Origin: Octopus sinensis | Lineage: Eukaryota | Assembly: GCF_006345805.1 (NCBI RefSeq) | Contig: NC_043008.1 | Coordinates: 5,208,001 to 5,272,000 of the forward strand | Direction: 5' to 3' | Length of the DNA stretch: 64,000 nucleotides | Shown: positions 25,201 through 36,240 of the stretch, in pieces | Layout of the letters: each line of letters begins with the position of its first letter | Position numbering within the stretch: the stretch's first letter is position 1 | Made by a program: the position numbers and the translations under genes | The notes under the pieces: model-generated | The model's database searches: none | The model's input: the letters and a program-made list of their open reading frames with translations, nothing else | Told to the model about the DNA's origin: nothing

Positions 25201-28200
25201 CAAATTTGAATTTTTCAATTGGTGCTCAAGCCTGAAAAAAAAAGAGTTAAACTACATCAGCCGTAAGGGAATACATGTCTATCTTATCTAACTCGTCCAG
25301 TAGAGCCCACCAATTGATATCTGAAAAGTTCGATGAAATAACTCATGAACACTGCAATAGCTTCTACCAAAAGATGTTCTGTTACACAACGACCGGTCTG
25401 AACAAGGGGAGATAATAGAAAAAGAATCATTCGTATATTATCTCCCCTTGTTCAGACCGGTCGACGACGTAAATATGTTGAAGCATCCTTTGGTAGAAGC
25501 TATGGCAGTGTTCATGAGTTATTTCATCGAACTTTTCAGATATCAATTGGTGGAACGAGTTAGATAAGATAGACATGTATTCCTTTACGGCTGATGTAGT
25601 TTCTCTTTTTTTTTTTTCAAGGCTTGAGCACCAATTAAAAAATTTGATTGCAAAGAATCCAAACTAGATCGAAAACATCTATATAACAGCAAGAAGAAAA
25701 AGTAAAAAATAGGAGTAATACAAAGCATGGCCATACCTCAATGCCAGTGAGCATTTGTCGAAACACGTTTGCAGCATCTTTTTCTGAATAGGAACCCCTT
25801 TCAACAATTCTGTAAGTGAACATTAAAGAAATAAGTATTTTATCGGGTTGTCTAGAAAGTTTGTGCTGATTTTTAAAGGAAAGAAAAAGGTCAATAAATA
25901 CTTGCCATTACATTTTTAATCAACCAAATATTAACCATTTTGTTGCACAATGCGTCTCCATCTTTCCTTTAACTTGAAAATACCCTCTTCCCAGAATTGA
26001 GGTGGTTTTATGGCAAAGAATTTGTTAAGGTATCTTTTTACGTCATCCAAGGAATTGAAATTTTTACCATTAAGACTATTCTGCAGAGACCTGAATAAGT
26101 GGAAATCCAAAGGAGCAATATCTGGTGAATATGGAGGGTGGGATAACACATCCCAAGCTGCAGCAATTTTTGTCTGGTTCCCAAAGCATCAAGTGCCGAA
26201 AATGAACTTTCTTATCTTCCATTTTAAAGGGTTACAGAATTAACACAGATTATAGGAACATAAACCTTCTTCCACGAAAAGATAGCTTAGACAGTGCTCT
26301 AAAGGGAGGTATAGTCAAATGCTATTTTATGGACTCAACCATGTTCTAAAATAAGTCGAAAGGTAAGCTACTATAAATCGGCACAAACTTTCCGGACAAC
26401 CCAATAGTATTTAAGAGGGAGACAACATAGTACTGTATATAGTTATGTTCTGAGTTCAATTCCTGTGAAAGTCAACTTCACTTTTCATCCATCATCATCA
26501 ATGTTCGACCGTGGTCGAGACAATGGAATTTACAATGTCACGCCAGACTTCACGGTTCATCATAGCATTACGGAGGTCCTGTTGTTGGATGCCTGTATCC
26601 CTGGAGCGTACATCAGGGTAGGAGAGTGTGCACCCTCTGGTATCGTGAGCAGATGGCTTCAAGAGGAGAAGAGTAGAAATTACCTAATTTTCACCTCTAC
26701 AACAACGTCCAGCAAACTGGACTCTTCTACCTTTCGCAAGAGATGATACAGGTGGTAATTTCCCATATATTTGTACTTTGGTTGGATGATGCTTCCGCGA
26801 GAGATTTTGAGCTCTCATAAGGAGGCGAGTGCAAGTTCCATCCAACCGCTTCTCAAGCTTCTTTGATAACGTCCAGATTTCTGAGCCATATAGTAGAATT
26901 GGTTCAACTGTGGCTTTGAAGATTTTAAGTTTGAAATCTCTACTTAGATTTGATGACCAGATCTTATGCATATCATTATAGGCTGACCAGGCCATACCCT
27001 TCATCCATTAGAAGTCAACGAAACAAGTACCAGTCATATATTGAGGTTCATGTAATATTAGCATGGGTGATTAACGAGGGAGCTTCATTACTGATTAACT
27101 AAGGATATATCAATCATCATCATTATTGTCATATTCATCATCATGTAAGAAGCATCAGATATGGTGTGCAAGAGAGATGACTGTGCTGATATAGTCATGT
27201 AGCGAGAATGGATGAGGATAGCTGTGTGAAAAAATGCCACACCCTAGCAGTTGAAAGAACCTGTGGAAGAGGTAGACCCAGGAAGACCTGGGATGAAGTG
27301 ATGAAGCACAACCTTCGAACTTTAGGCCTCACCAAGGAAATGACTAGTGACCGAGACTTTTGGAAATGTGCTGTATGTGAGAAGACCCAGCAAGCCAAAT
27401 GAGACCATAATCTCGTGGCCTATGCCAGGGGCGTAACCAGCCCACTTATGCGTACCTTTTCCTTCTTTGGACACTAAACTCTGCTTGCGAAGACCTGTTG
27501 AGGCAAGTGGAATCAAAATCAAAATCAAATTCGATGACTGGCGTCTGTGCTAGCAGGGTGCAAAGAGCACCATACGAGCGTGATCATTGACAGAGCAGCT
27601 AACCGGCTTCTGTGCCAGTAGCACATAAAAGGCACTATTCGAGTGTGATCGTTACCAGCGATCATAGGTAAAAGAACATAGGTAAAAGATTTTCTCAGCG
27701 TCGCCTTACTGGCACTCGAGCCCCATGCTAATAGGGTATTAAGAGCACCATCCGAGCGTGATCGTTGCCAGAGCAGCTAGCTGGCCCCCATGCTGGTGGC
27801 ACGTAAAAGACACCATTCGAGCATGATTGTTACCAGCATTGCTTTACTGGCACCTGTGCCGGTGGCATGTGTAAAAAGATTCGAGTGAGGCCGTTACCAG
27901 TACTGCCTGACTGGCCTCTGTGCCAGTGGAACGTAAAAGCACCCACTACACTCTCAGCGTGGATGGCGTTAGGAAGGGCATCCAGCTGTAGAAACTCTGC
28001 CAGATCAGATTGGAGTCCGATGCAGCCATCTGGTTCGCCAGCCCTCAGTCAAAATCGTCCAACCCATGCTAGCATGGAAAGCAGACGTTAAATGATGATG
28101 ATGATGATTACACATCATCATCATCTTTGTTTTTGATATCATCATCATCATCTTCTTAGTTACTGACATCATCATTGTATCATGTTCGTTATTGACATCA

Positions 28201-31200
28201 TCATCATCAACTTCAAGCAGTCACAACCAAGACCCATCACAGAATGCTGCACCAGAATTCTTTGTTTCCCTACCTATCCGTTTTTGCCAGATTTCAATTT
28301 TGTGCCGTGTCTCACTTCCAATAGCATTGATGTGATTAAATGGTCATAATTCTTTATTAGAGCACAGGGACCTTAAACAAGAATTACTTCATGCTAGATT
28401 AGACAGAGAGAAAGCAAGCAAGAATAAAAACCAACAACAGTTCAAAAGCATCAACCTAAAATCAGAAATAGAAGGCCTGATTATTGCTGACACACAAATA
28501 TCTGTAAGAAGAAAATAACGAAAGAGGAAACTTACATCAAGTTTAGACTGCAAACAGTATAATGAAGGCAACTGACCACATTATGTCTTTGTATATATAT
28601 ATCCACATATCCACAGACACAATATGAGGGTGATCGTTAACAGAGCGGCTAACTGGCTTCCGTGCCAGTGGCACATAAAAGGGCACCATTTGAGTGTGAT
28701 CAGTACTAGCGTTGCCTTACTGGCATTTGTGCCCATGCTAGTAGGGTGCCAAGAGCACCATCTGAGCATGATCGTTGCCAGAGTAGCCAACTGGCTCCGT
28801 GCTGGTGGTACGTAAAAGGGCACAACTTGAGCGTGATCATTACCAACGTCGCCTTACTGGCACCTGTGCCGGTGGCATGTGTAAAAAGATTCGAGTGAGG
28901 TCACTGCCTGTACCGCTTGACTGGCCCCTGTGCTGTGGCATGTAAAAGGGCACCATTCGAGCATGATCATAGCCAACATCGCCTTACTGGCCCCTGTGCC
29001 GTGGCATGTGTAAAAGATTCGAGCAAGGTCATTGCCAGTACCACCTGACTGGCCCCCTTGCCGGTGGCACGTAAAAAGCACCCATTACACTCTCGGAGTG
29101 GTTTGCATTAGGAAGGGCATCCAGGTATAGAAACTTTGCCAGATCAAGACTGGAGCCTTTGGTGCAGCCATCTGGTTCGCCAGCCCTCAGTCAAAATCAT
29201 CCAACCCATACTAGCATGGAAGGCGGACGTTAAAGGATGAAGATGATGATGATGATGACAATACGTGCCTGTAGATATGTGACTGGTGCAGGCATGGCAG
29301 AGTACTTAACTGGTCTGCTTCCCAACCACATGGTTCAGTCCCACAGCATACCACCTTGGGCAATTGTCTTTGACTATAACTTTCAGCCAACCAAAGCCTT
29401 GTGAGTGGACTTGATAGACAGAAACTGAAAGAAGCCCATATATATATAACTGTGTGTATGTGTGTGTGCACGCGTGTGTGTGTACTTCCTTACCTTCACA
29501 TTGCTTGATAGTTGTAAATAGGCAACATCATCTCACAAGCCAAGTATCATTTCTAATCTGTGTAAACATGTCTGGTCACTGGGAAATATTACCTTATTTG
29601 GAAACAGTTGAGGATTAGTAACTAGAAAGGAACCCAACTGTAGAAAATCTTCCTCAACAAATTCTATTTGATCTATGCAAGCATGGAAAAATGGGCACCT
29701 GTGCCGGTGGCAACTAAAAAGCACCATCCAAACGTGGCCGATGCCAGCGCCGCCTTGACTGACTTCCGTGCCGGTGGCACGTAAAAAGCACCCACTACAC
29801 TCACGGAGTGGTTGGCGTTAGGAAGGGCATCCAGCTGTAGAAACACTGCCAGATCTGACTGGAGCCTGGTGCAGCCTCTTGGCTTCCCAGACCCCGGTCA
29901 AACTGTCCAATCCGTGCTAGAACGGAAAACGAACATTAAACGATGTTGATGATGATCAAGTAGGCAGCTATGCCTAAGTCTTGGAAATTGGCCAATATTT
30001 AAATGTATCAAGAGACAGAAAGTGGAATGAACATATATGAATGATCTTAATAGAACTCTCGGTCCAACAACACATAGTACCAGCTAATATAGACTTGTTT
30101 CTCCGAACAATGAATTGCAAGTGCACCGAGATCATCATCATCATCATCATCGTTTAACGTCCGTTTTCCCTGCTAGCATGGGTTGGATGGTTTGACCGGG
30201 ATCTGGGAAGCCAGGAGGCTGCACCAGGCTCCAGTCTGATCTGGCAGTGTTTCTACAGCTTGATGCCCTTCCTAACGCCAACCACTCCGTGAGTGTAGTG
30301 GGTGCTTTTTATGTGACACCAGCACAGGTGCCAGGCGAGGCTGGCAGTGGCCACAATCAGTCAGTGCTTTTTACATGCCACTGGCACAGAAGCCACTCAA
30401 GGCGGCGCTGGCATCGGCCACGATCGGATTGTGCTTTTTACATACCGCCAGCACAGGTATCACAACTACAATTTCCATTTGATATTTATTTTGGTTCCAG
30501 TTAATTCATATTCCTGTATCACCTTATATTCCTTCGGAACCCAACAACATGGTGATCATGTTATTCTCATAGATTGATACATTCCTCCTGCAGCCTAGTT
30601 CAGCAAGATGCCATTCAACATTTCTAGCTTTTGTAGTCATGGCTACAAATTTCATTGAAGATGACTTTGTTTTTCATCCTTTCACGGTTGATAAACTCAG
30701 TACCAGTTGCGAACAGGGGTCAGTTTAATCAACTTATCCCTTCTCCCTAAATTGCTGGTATTGCGCCAGAATTTGAAACCATCATCATCATCATCATCGT
30801 TTAACGTCCGCTTTCCATGCTAGCATGGGTTGGACGATTTTGACTGTGGGCTGGTGAACCAGGTGGCTGCACCTGGCTCCAATCTTGATCTGGCAGAGTT
30901 TCTACAGCTGGATGCCCTTCCTAACGCCAACCACTCCAAGAGTGTAGTGGGTACTTTTTATGTGCCACGGCACGGGGGCCAGTCAGGCGGTACTGGCAAT
31001 GACCTCACTCAAATCTTTTTACACATGCCACTGGCACAGGTGCCAGTAAGGTAACATTGGTAACGATCACGCTCGAATGGTGCCCTTTTACGTACCACCG
31101 GCACGGAAGCCAGTTGGCTGCTCTGGCAACGATCACGCTCGGATAGTGCCCTTTTACGTGCCGCCGGCACGGAAGCCAGTCAGGCCGTACTGGCAATGAC

Positions 31201-34200
31201 CTCACTCGAACCTTTTTACACATGCCACCGGCACAGGTGCCAGTAAGGCAACGTTGGTAACGATCATGCTCAAATGGTGCCCTCTTACATGCTACTGGCA
31301 TGGAAGCCGTTTAGCCGCTCTGTCAAACGATCACCCTCGTATGGTGCTCTTTGCACCCCGCTAGCACGGATGCCAGTCGTTGAATTTGATTTTGATTTCA
31401 CTCACCTCAACAGGTCTTCATAAGCAGAGTTTACTGACCAAAGAAGGAAAAGGTATGCATAAGCGGGCTGGTTATGCTCAGACTCTGCACTAGAGCGAGA
31501 TAAATGACGGGAAAGATATTAAATGAACCCTTTTAATGATCTCCAAAACCAACAAAATATATCTGTTCACAATAGTTTCAAACAATTATGAATTCATTGC
31601 TAAGGCTAGCATACTGACTGACGGAGCTTAAACTAGGTATCTGTTGCTCACTATATATATATCACTTTGTACTAAAATATCAAATATTAATTTTAAATAA
31701 TCTTACCTGTCGAAAAGCTCACCACCAATAGCATATTCAAGAATCAAATGCAAACTAGTTGGAGTCTCAAATACTTCTTTCATTCGAACCTATAACAAAT
31801 ACAATAGTTTTCTCAGCATACAAGATAAAGTTTTTCAAATGAAGCTAACTAAAACCTTACAACATAGTTTTTTTTTAAAGAAATATTAGTTACTAGCAGT
31901 ATCGCCTGGCGTTGCTCGGGTTTGTTTCGACCCTTTATACTTGGAATTTTTGAAAAGTATAAATTTTGCATTATGTAGCTTGTTATTCTCTTTAAGTTTA
32001 TTCTGTTCGAAACCTTTTCATCTAACAACATGTTTTACATGTAACAACAATGAAGATTGCCTGATACACACGAAACAGCTTGTGAAGATGACCGGCACAG
32101 ACAACCATGTCAGACAAGGAACTGCATGGAAGATGGTTGTGTATCAACTCCATGGATCAACTGGAACCTAATGCCTAGAATCAGCGACACACACTGAGTT
32201 GAAATGAGTTCTGAGAGAAATATGAGACTGTAGCGTATCTGATATCCTCACTGTTTGAGCAACACAATAAGAATGATCTCATTTGAGATTACAACCATCT
32301 TTGGCTGGTTTGACCCTGTTGTGGCTCAAAGAAGGGCATCTTATCCGAAGGTGGTGATTGGTTGGCTTTACACAGTGACGCGAAATAAGTAGAGACAAAC
32401 CGCGCCAAATGCCAACCAATCAGAGCAGTGGACACAACAGGGTCAAACTAGCCAGAAATGGTTGTAATCTCAAACGTGATCATTCTTATTGTGTCTCTCA
32501 AACAGTGAGGATATCAGATACACTACTTGAAGCCTTTGACGAAGTAGAAGGGGATAGAGCATCACAGGGGGTAGAAGACAACTGGACGTTTCTAAGGGAC
32601 AACCTGCTGAGAGCCACTGACCAGATCTGTGGCTGGTGCAAAGTCCCCTCTCAACCTAGAATAACGTGGTGGTGGAACAATATTGTAGACAGGGCTATTA
32701 GAGAAAAGAGACAGGCTTGGAAGGTCTGGAAAAATGGGGGTAGGAGGGAAGTGTATCAGACTGCCAAAAGAGAAGCTAGGAGACAGGTTTATTTAGCCAG
32801 AGGGGAAGCAGATAAGAAAAAATTTGCCAATGTTCTGCGCCGTGAGGACCAAAGACTGGAGGTGTTTCACATTGCAAGACAGTGTGTGAGAGAGAATCGT
32901 GATGTGGTAGGAGAGAAGTGTGTTCACATGAGAGAGGTTTGGAGATGCCACTATGAAAGGTTGCTGAATAAAGAAAATGAATGGGATAAAGAGAGTCTGC
33001 CGAATGTTGACCCAACAGAGGGACCAGCTATCCGAGTTGATAGTTCCGTGGTAGCTAAGGCAATTAGAAGCATGAAGACAGGGAAAGCCCCAGGCCCATC
33101 AGGAATCACTGCAGAGATGCTCAAAATGTCTGGTAGTGTCGGCTATAGCCTAGTCACCCGTATAGTTAATCAGGTGATACACAAAGGAGTCATACCCAAT
33201 GACTGGTGTAGCAGCATAATAGTCAACTGCTACAAAGGTAAAGGTGACGCCCTAGATACAAATAACTACAGAGGTATCAAGCTGTTAGATCAGGTGATGA
33301 AGGTTACGGAGAGGGTCATAGCCCAACTAATTAGAGAGAGAGTTAGTTTAGATGAGATGCAGTTTGGGTTTGTGCCAGGGAAAAGTACTATTGATGCTAT
33401 ATTCCTGGTAAGGCAGCTGCAGGAGAAATACCTAGCCAAAGATAAGCCCCTGTACCTGGCTTTTGTTGACATGGAGAAAGCCTTCGACAGGGTCCCCCGA
33501 TCCCTTATCTGGTGGTCAATGAGGAAACTAGGGATAGATGAATGGTTAGTGAGAGCTGTGTGGGCCATGTATAGGGACGCTGTGTGGGCCATGTATAGTA
33601 AGGTGAGGGTTGGAAACGAGTACAGTGAAGAATTCCGGGTAGAGGTAGGGGTCCACCAAGGCTCAGTCCTCAGCCCCCTCCTATTTATCATAGTCCTCCA
33701 GGCAATAACAGAGGAATTCAAGACAGGATGCCCTTGGAAGCTTCTCTATGCTGATGACCTTGCTCTAATTGCTGAGTCGCTATCAGAACTGGAGGAGAAG
33801 TTTCAGGTGTGGAAACAAGGATTAGAATCGAAGGGCCTCTGGTTTAGGATTAGAAATAAATTATAAATCATCTGAACTGTTTCAATATGCTATGGCTTTT
33901 GGTATGACCTGGCAGAAAGGTTCGCAAGGTGAAATGCTGAGCAGTATTTCGTCTGTCTTTGTGTTCTGAGTTCAAATTCTGCCGAGGTCGACTTTGCCTT
34001 TCATCATTTCGGCGTCGATTAAATAAGTACCATTTACGCATTGGGGTCGATATAATCGACTTAATCCGTTTGTCTGTCCTTGTTTGTCCTCTCTGTGTTT
34101 AGCCCCTTGAGGGTAGTAAAAAAATAGGTATGCCCTCAGTTGCATAGTTTCCACGAGGTTTCGTATTGAAGTATATAACATTTAGAGAACATACCCGCGG

Positions 34201-35624
34201 CAAGCCTGCTGCCATGTCTCAATAGTCATTAGAAAGGTGGAATGGAACTGGTTAATTCTTTACACTGCTCGGGTGCAACCAATTTCCTTTCTTTAATTTC
34301 CAGAATCTACCAGTCAGGAACAAGAACGCAACCTTAAAAATATATATTACTCTTTATTTTCTTATTTACAAAAGAAGTACGTTGGTATATTGGTATCCAC
34401 TTGGTTTGATATAGCAAGGCTGAACTTTAACATTTGTAAGATTCTTACAACCCGGCGTTGCTCGGGTTTGTTTCGACCCTGTAGAATTGGAATTTTTGAA
34501 AAGTAAAAATTTTGCATTATGTAGCTTGTTATTCTCTTTAAGTAAACATTTTTCTGGTTGAAATGGCGACACAGCAGTAAAAAAATCGTAAAAAAATAGG
34601 GACTTTCATAGAAAAAAAGCACCTTTTTGATGCGAATAATTTTTGGTGTTAACATGATCCGATTTGAATTTTATCTTCTACGGAATGAAGAGCAGCCCTT
34701 CTTCTATCATACTCTCAATTTTGGTCAACTTGCACCGCAGGGTCTCGGAGGAGATAGTGTTAGTTGAAGGCTACCAAACCTTCCACACACAGACAACTTC
34801 AGCTTTATATATATAAATTTATTTATTCTCGCCGATTATTGGTACAAATTATCTGCTAAAAATGTATTTGAACTCCTAGATGGTTATAGGAAAAATAATG
34901 TGTCTTTTGACTTTTTAAAGTCATCAAAGCTGAAACAATAACATCGTTCATTGGATTCACGCATTTTGTTCGATGTACAGCAGGTTTAAACAAGCTCGCT
35001 AGAGTGTGAGATTTTGACACGAGGCCTTACGACTTTGTCTTTTCTCGTCAGACCGTAAAGACGCGATCTAGTTGGCTCTCTGGCACCACACGCCAGCTAG
35101 CAGACAACAGGAAGCAACGCACAGGAGAAGATCATGGCCTCCACGCATCAACCATTTCCATTTGTCATTCAGCTTGTATACATGCGTGTGACCAGCATTA
35201 AAGTCATTTAAAGTTACAGCCTAGTTTCATATGTGTTCTTTATACCATGTTCCTGTCAAATGATACGACATTCTGAAGAGAGGCATGTTTAGATGGTGTT
35301 GGTATCATGGTTGTAGAACATTTTCATAGACATCCTCATTACTGCAACCAGTTATTAGATCCGCTTGGTGATTTATTGATTGAACACTTCAGTCAAAATC
35401 GTCCAACCCATGCCGGCATGGAAAGCGGACGTTTAATAATGATGATGATGATGATGACAGTCAAACAAACAAAGACAGGTGCTTTCACTTACATGCACAG
35501 GGTAATAAAAAAAAAGCAAACAAAAAATAACAACAAACAAACAAAAAAATGTAGTACTTACAACATTTGGATGACTGAGTCCTAATAACACTTTGATTTC
35601 AACAGTGACCACTCGACTGTGAGG
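3060..35624 (-). CDS. CAMK4: CaMKIV-like calcium/calmodulin-dependent protein kinase, partial (6 internal exons, 385 nt, kinase subdomains III-VIII)
   Basis: Manually spliced exons all have AG/GT boundaries and compatible phases (AG+A=Arg, G+CT=Ala). The product has alphaC Glu (VEIKVLL), HPN, GGELFDRIVE, HRDLKPENLL, DFG and CGTP motifs and is colinear with vertebrate CaMKIV as I recall it. CaMKI-type paralogy is not excluded. Confidence 0.85.
6330..6719 (+). mobile_element. Helitron-like element, second interior type
   Basis: Same 5' motif and ...TTTATATATATAG end but a different interior; partial copies at about 31892-31998 and 34449-34815. Confidence 0.6.
8852..9270. mobile_element. piggyBac-type MITE with internal tandem duplication
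   Basis: TTAA-CCCTTTCATTACC ... GGTATTGAAAGGG-TTAA; internal repeat of roughly 195 bp (about 8880-9060 and 9075-9255). Confidence 0.75.
9315..9366 (-). CDS. Kinase exon PENLLYCTKDENSILKI(A) (52 nt, phase 0-1)
   Basis: Acceptor ctttctttacag, donor gtaagt. Confidence 0.92.
10628..11707 (+). mobile_element. Head-to-tail dimer of a Helitron/Helentron-like non-autonomous element
   Basis: Each unit starts ACTAGCAGTATCGCCCGGCGTTGCTCGGG (5' hairpin) and ends ...CAGTTTTATATATATAG; junction at 11192/11193; no TSD. Confidence 0.65.
12337..13179 (+). mobile_element. Internally deleted Tc1/mariner element, DD41D (rosa/VS-like)
   Basis: TA-CAGGGTGTCCATAAAGTCTC...GACTTTATGGACACTG-TA long TIRs; FSDEATF, FQQDGAPPHW, PDITPLDFFLWGYVK. 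Confidence 0.88.
13937..15695 (+). mobile_element. 5'-truncated RTE LINE, long-3'UTR family (RTE-L), with PHD finger inside RT
   Basis: ORFs 13957..14808 (GVHQGSVLSP, YADD, YLG, LHGSETW) and 14812..15129 are in the same frame, separated by a single TGA; followed by a repeat-rich 3' UTR and (GAT)n tail. Confidence 0.92.
15728..16162. mobile_element. MITE with roughly 113-bp TIRs
   Basis: 15728-15840 is the imperfect reverse complement of 16050-16162. Confidence 0.75.
16170..17165 (+). mobile_element. Penelope-like element 3' fragment: GIY-YIG endonuclease plus pseudo-LTR
   Basis: ORF 16295..16783 SIYQC..FYIGST..KRISNH..LSKLIWDLK..CLLCNSE; downstream AT-rich terminus contains a hammerhead motif. 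Confidence 0.85.
17036..17121 (+). ncRNA. Hammerhead ribozyme motif with core substitution
   Basis: Stem I ACTTTC/GAAAGT, core CCGAAGA (canonical CUGANGA), stem II GAAGATT/AATTTTC, GAAA-C-ATGT-GTC. Confidence 0.7.
17261..17299 (-). CDS. Kinase exon YLHQNSIIHRDLK (39 nt, phase 0-0; catalytic loop)
   Basis: Acceptor catatccag, donor gtttgt; HRDLK motif. Confidence 0.92.
20000..23342 (+). mobile_element. Gypsy/Ty3 LTR retrotransposon, RT-deleted, with both LTRs and 5-bp TSD
   Basis: LTRs 20000-20278 and 23080-23342 (TG...CA); TSD ACCGC at 19995-19999 and 23343-23347; purine-rich tract before the 3' LTR; gag with zinc knuckles (CFRCRGSHIARDC, CYRCRQTGHIAHDC), protease VDTG, RNase H remnant (DASS), integrase HHCC plus DDE (21963..23024). 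Confidence 0.95.
21963..23024 (+). pseudogene. Gypsy integrase reading frame (353 aa open)
   Basis: HAMHHLG..CDRC, LAVDVTH, MDNGVAF, NEIVERHH; upstream pol is disrupted. Confidence 0.88.
25164..25683. repeat. 520-bp foldback palindrome (about 250-bp arms, 18-nt loop), possible MITE
   Basis: Arms 25164-25417 and 25436-25683; TA dinucleotides at both termini; scattered mismatches between arms. Confidence 0.9.
25737..25809 (-). CDS. Kinase exon (R)IVERGSYSEKDAANVFRQMLTGIE (73 nt, phase 2-0)
   Basis: Acceptor ttcacttacag, donor gtatgg; also visible inside ORF 25635..25823. Confidence 0.93.
25843..26404 (-). mobile_element. Deleted mariner (DD34D-type) element
   Basis: TIRs TCGGGTTGTCTAGAAAGTTTGTGC / GCACAAACTTTCCGGACAACCCAA with TA flanks; C-terminal transposase HPPYSPDIAPLDFHLFRSL..ERWRRIV (25931..26149). 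Confidence 0.85.
31707..31789 (-). CDS. Kinase exon VRMKEVFETPTSLHLILEYAIGGELFD(R) (83 nt, phase 0-2)
   Basis: Acceptor atttgttatag, donor gtaaga; hinge and GGELFD motif. Confidence 0.93.
32230..32526. mobile_element. MITE with roughly 80-90-bp TIRs; partial second copy at about 61930-62123
   Basis: GTAGCGTATCTGATATCCTCACTGTTTGAG ... CTCAAACAGTGAGGATATCAGATACACTAC. Confidence 0.75.
32527..33840 (+). mobile_element. RTE-L internal fragment (RT N-terminal part to YADD)
   Basis: ORF 32409..33866: KAPGPSGI, NYRGIKLL, QFGF, FVDMEKAFDRV, QGSVLSP, YADD; overlaps the 13937 copy in sequence; truncated at both ends. Confidence 0.9.
33895..34135 (+). mobile_element. tRNA-derived SINE, second family
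   Basis: GAGTTCAAATTC B-box followed by GCCGAGGTCGACTTTGCCTTTCATC core; copy at about 36437-36655, fragments near 18060-18480, 26420-26490, 36290-36400. Confidence 0.75.
35562..35624 (-). CDS. Kinase exon PHSRVVTVEIKVLLGLSHPNV (63 nt, phase 0-0)
   Basis: Acceptor ttttttcacttgtag, donor gtaagt; aligns with CaMKIV VDKKIVRTEIGVLLRLSHPNI. Confidence 0.9.
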
Positions 35625-35669
35625 CTACAAGTGAAAAAATATATTTCTTTACATGTAGGTTATCACTGA

Positions 35670-36240
35670 ATTGGTTAACCCTCTTGACCCTGCAAATACA
35701 CTTCTGGTAAGGTCTTTGAAATAAAACCTAGAAGAACTTCCAGACACCCAGCTGAACACTTAACAGACACTGACTTTGCTGACGACATTGCTCTTATCAG
35801 TGATTCTCTCTCCAATGCCCAGTCTCTTTTACAATCTCTTGAACAAGCCTCAAATTGTGTAGGTCTGAGTCCAAGACTGAATATGTAAAGTGCCTGTACA
35901 ACAGTGATTTCATCATCCATACTCTCAACAATATGCTCTTAAATATGGTTTCTGATTACAAATATCTTGGGTCATACATATCATCATCTGAAAAAGATTT
36001 TCTAACTAGAAAGGGTATGGCCTGGTCAGCCTGTAATGATATGCATAAGATCTGGTCATCAAATCTAAGTAGAGATTTCAAACTTAAAATCTTCAAAGCC
36101 ACAGTCGAACCAATTCTACTACATGGCTCAGAAACCTGGACATTATCAAAGAAGCGTGAGAGGCGGTTGGATGGAACTTGCACTCACCACCTTATGAGAG
36201 CTCAAAATCTCTCGTGGAAGTGTCATCCAACTAAAGTACA
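35670..36240 (+). mobile_element. RTE-S fragment, 3'-truncated
   Basis: ACTGACTTTGCTGACGACATTGCT (TDFADDIA) and ORF 35855..36292 (YKYLGSYISSSEKDF...). Confidence 0.8.

Noticed and set aside
32409-32526. N-terminus of the 485-aa ORF as a real RTE start
   Set aside because: The first roughly 40 codons come from a MITE TIR fused in frame by chance.
3060-35700. All six kinase exons lie within about 150 nt of a repeat
   Set aside because: Expected by chance at this repeat density; only the two most extreme cases are reported.
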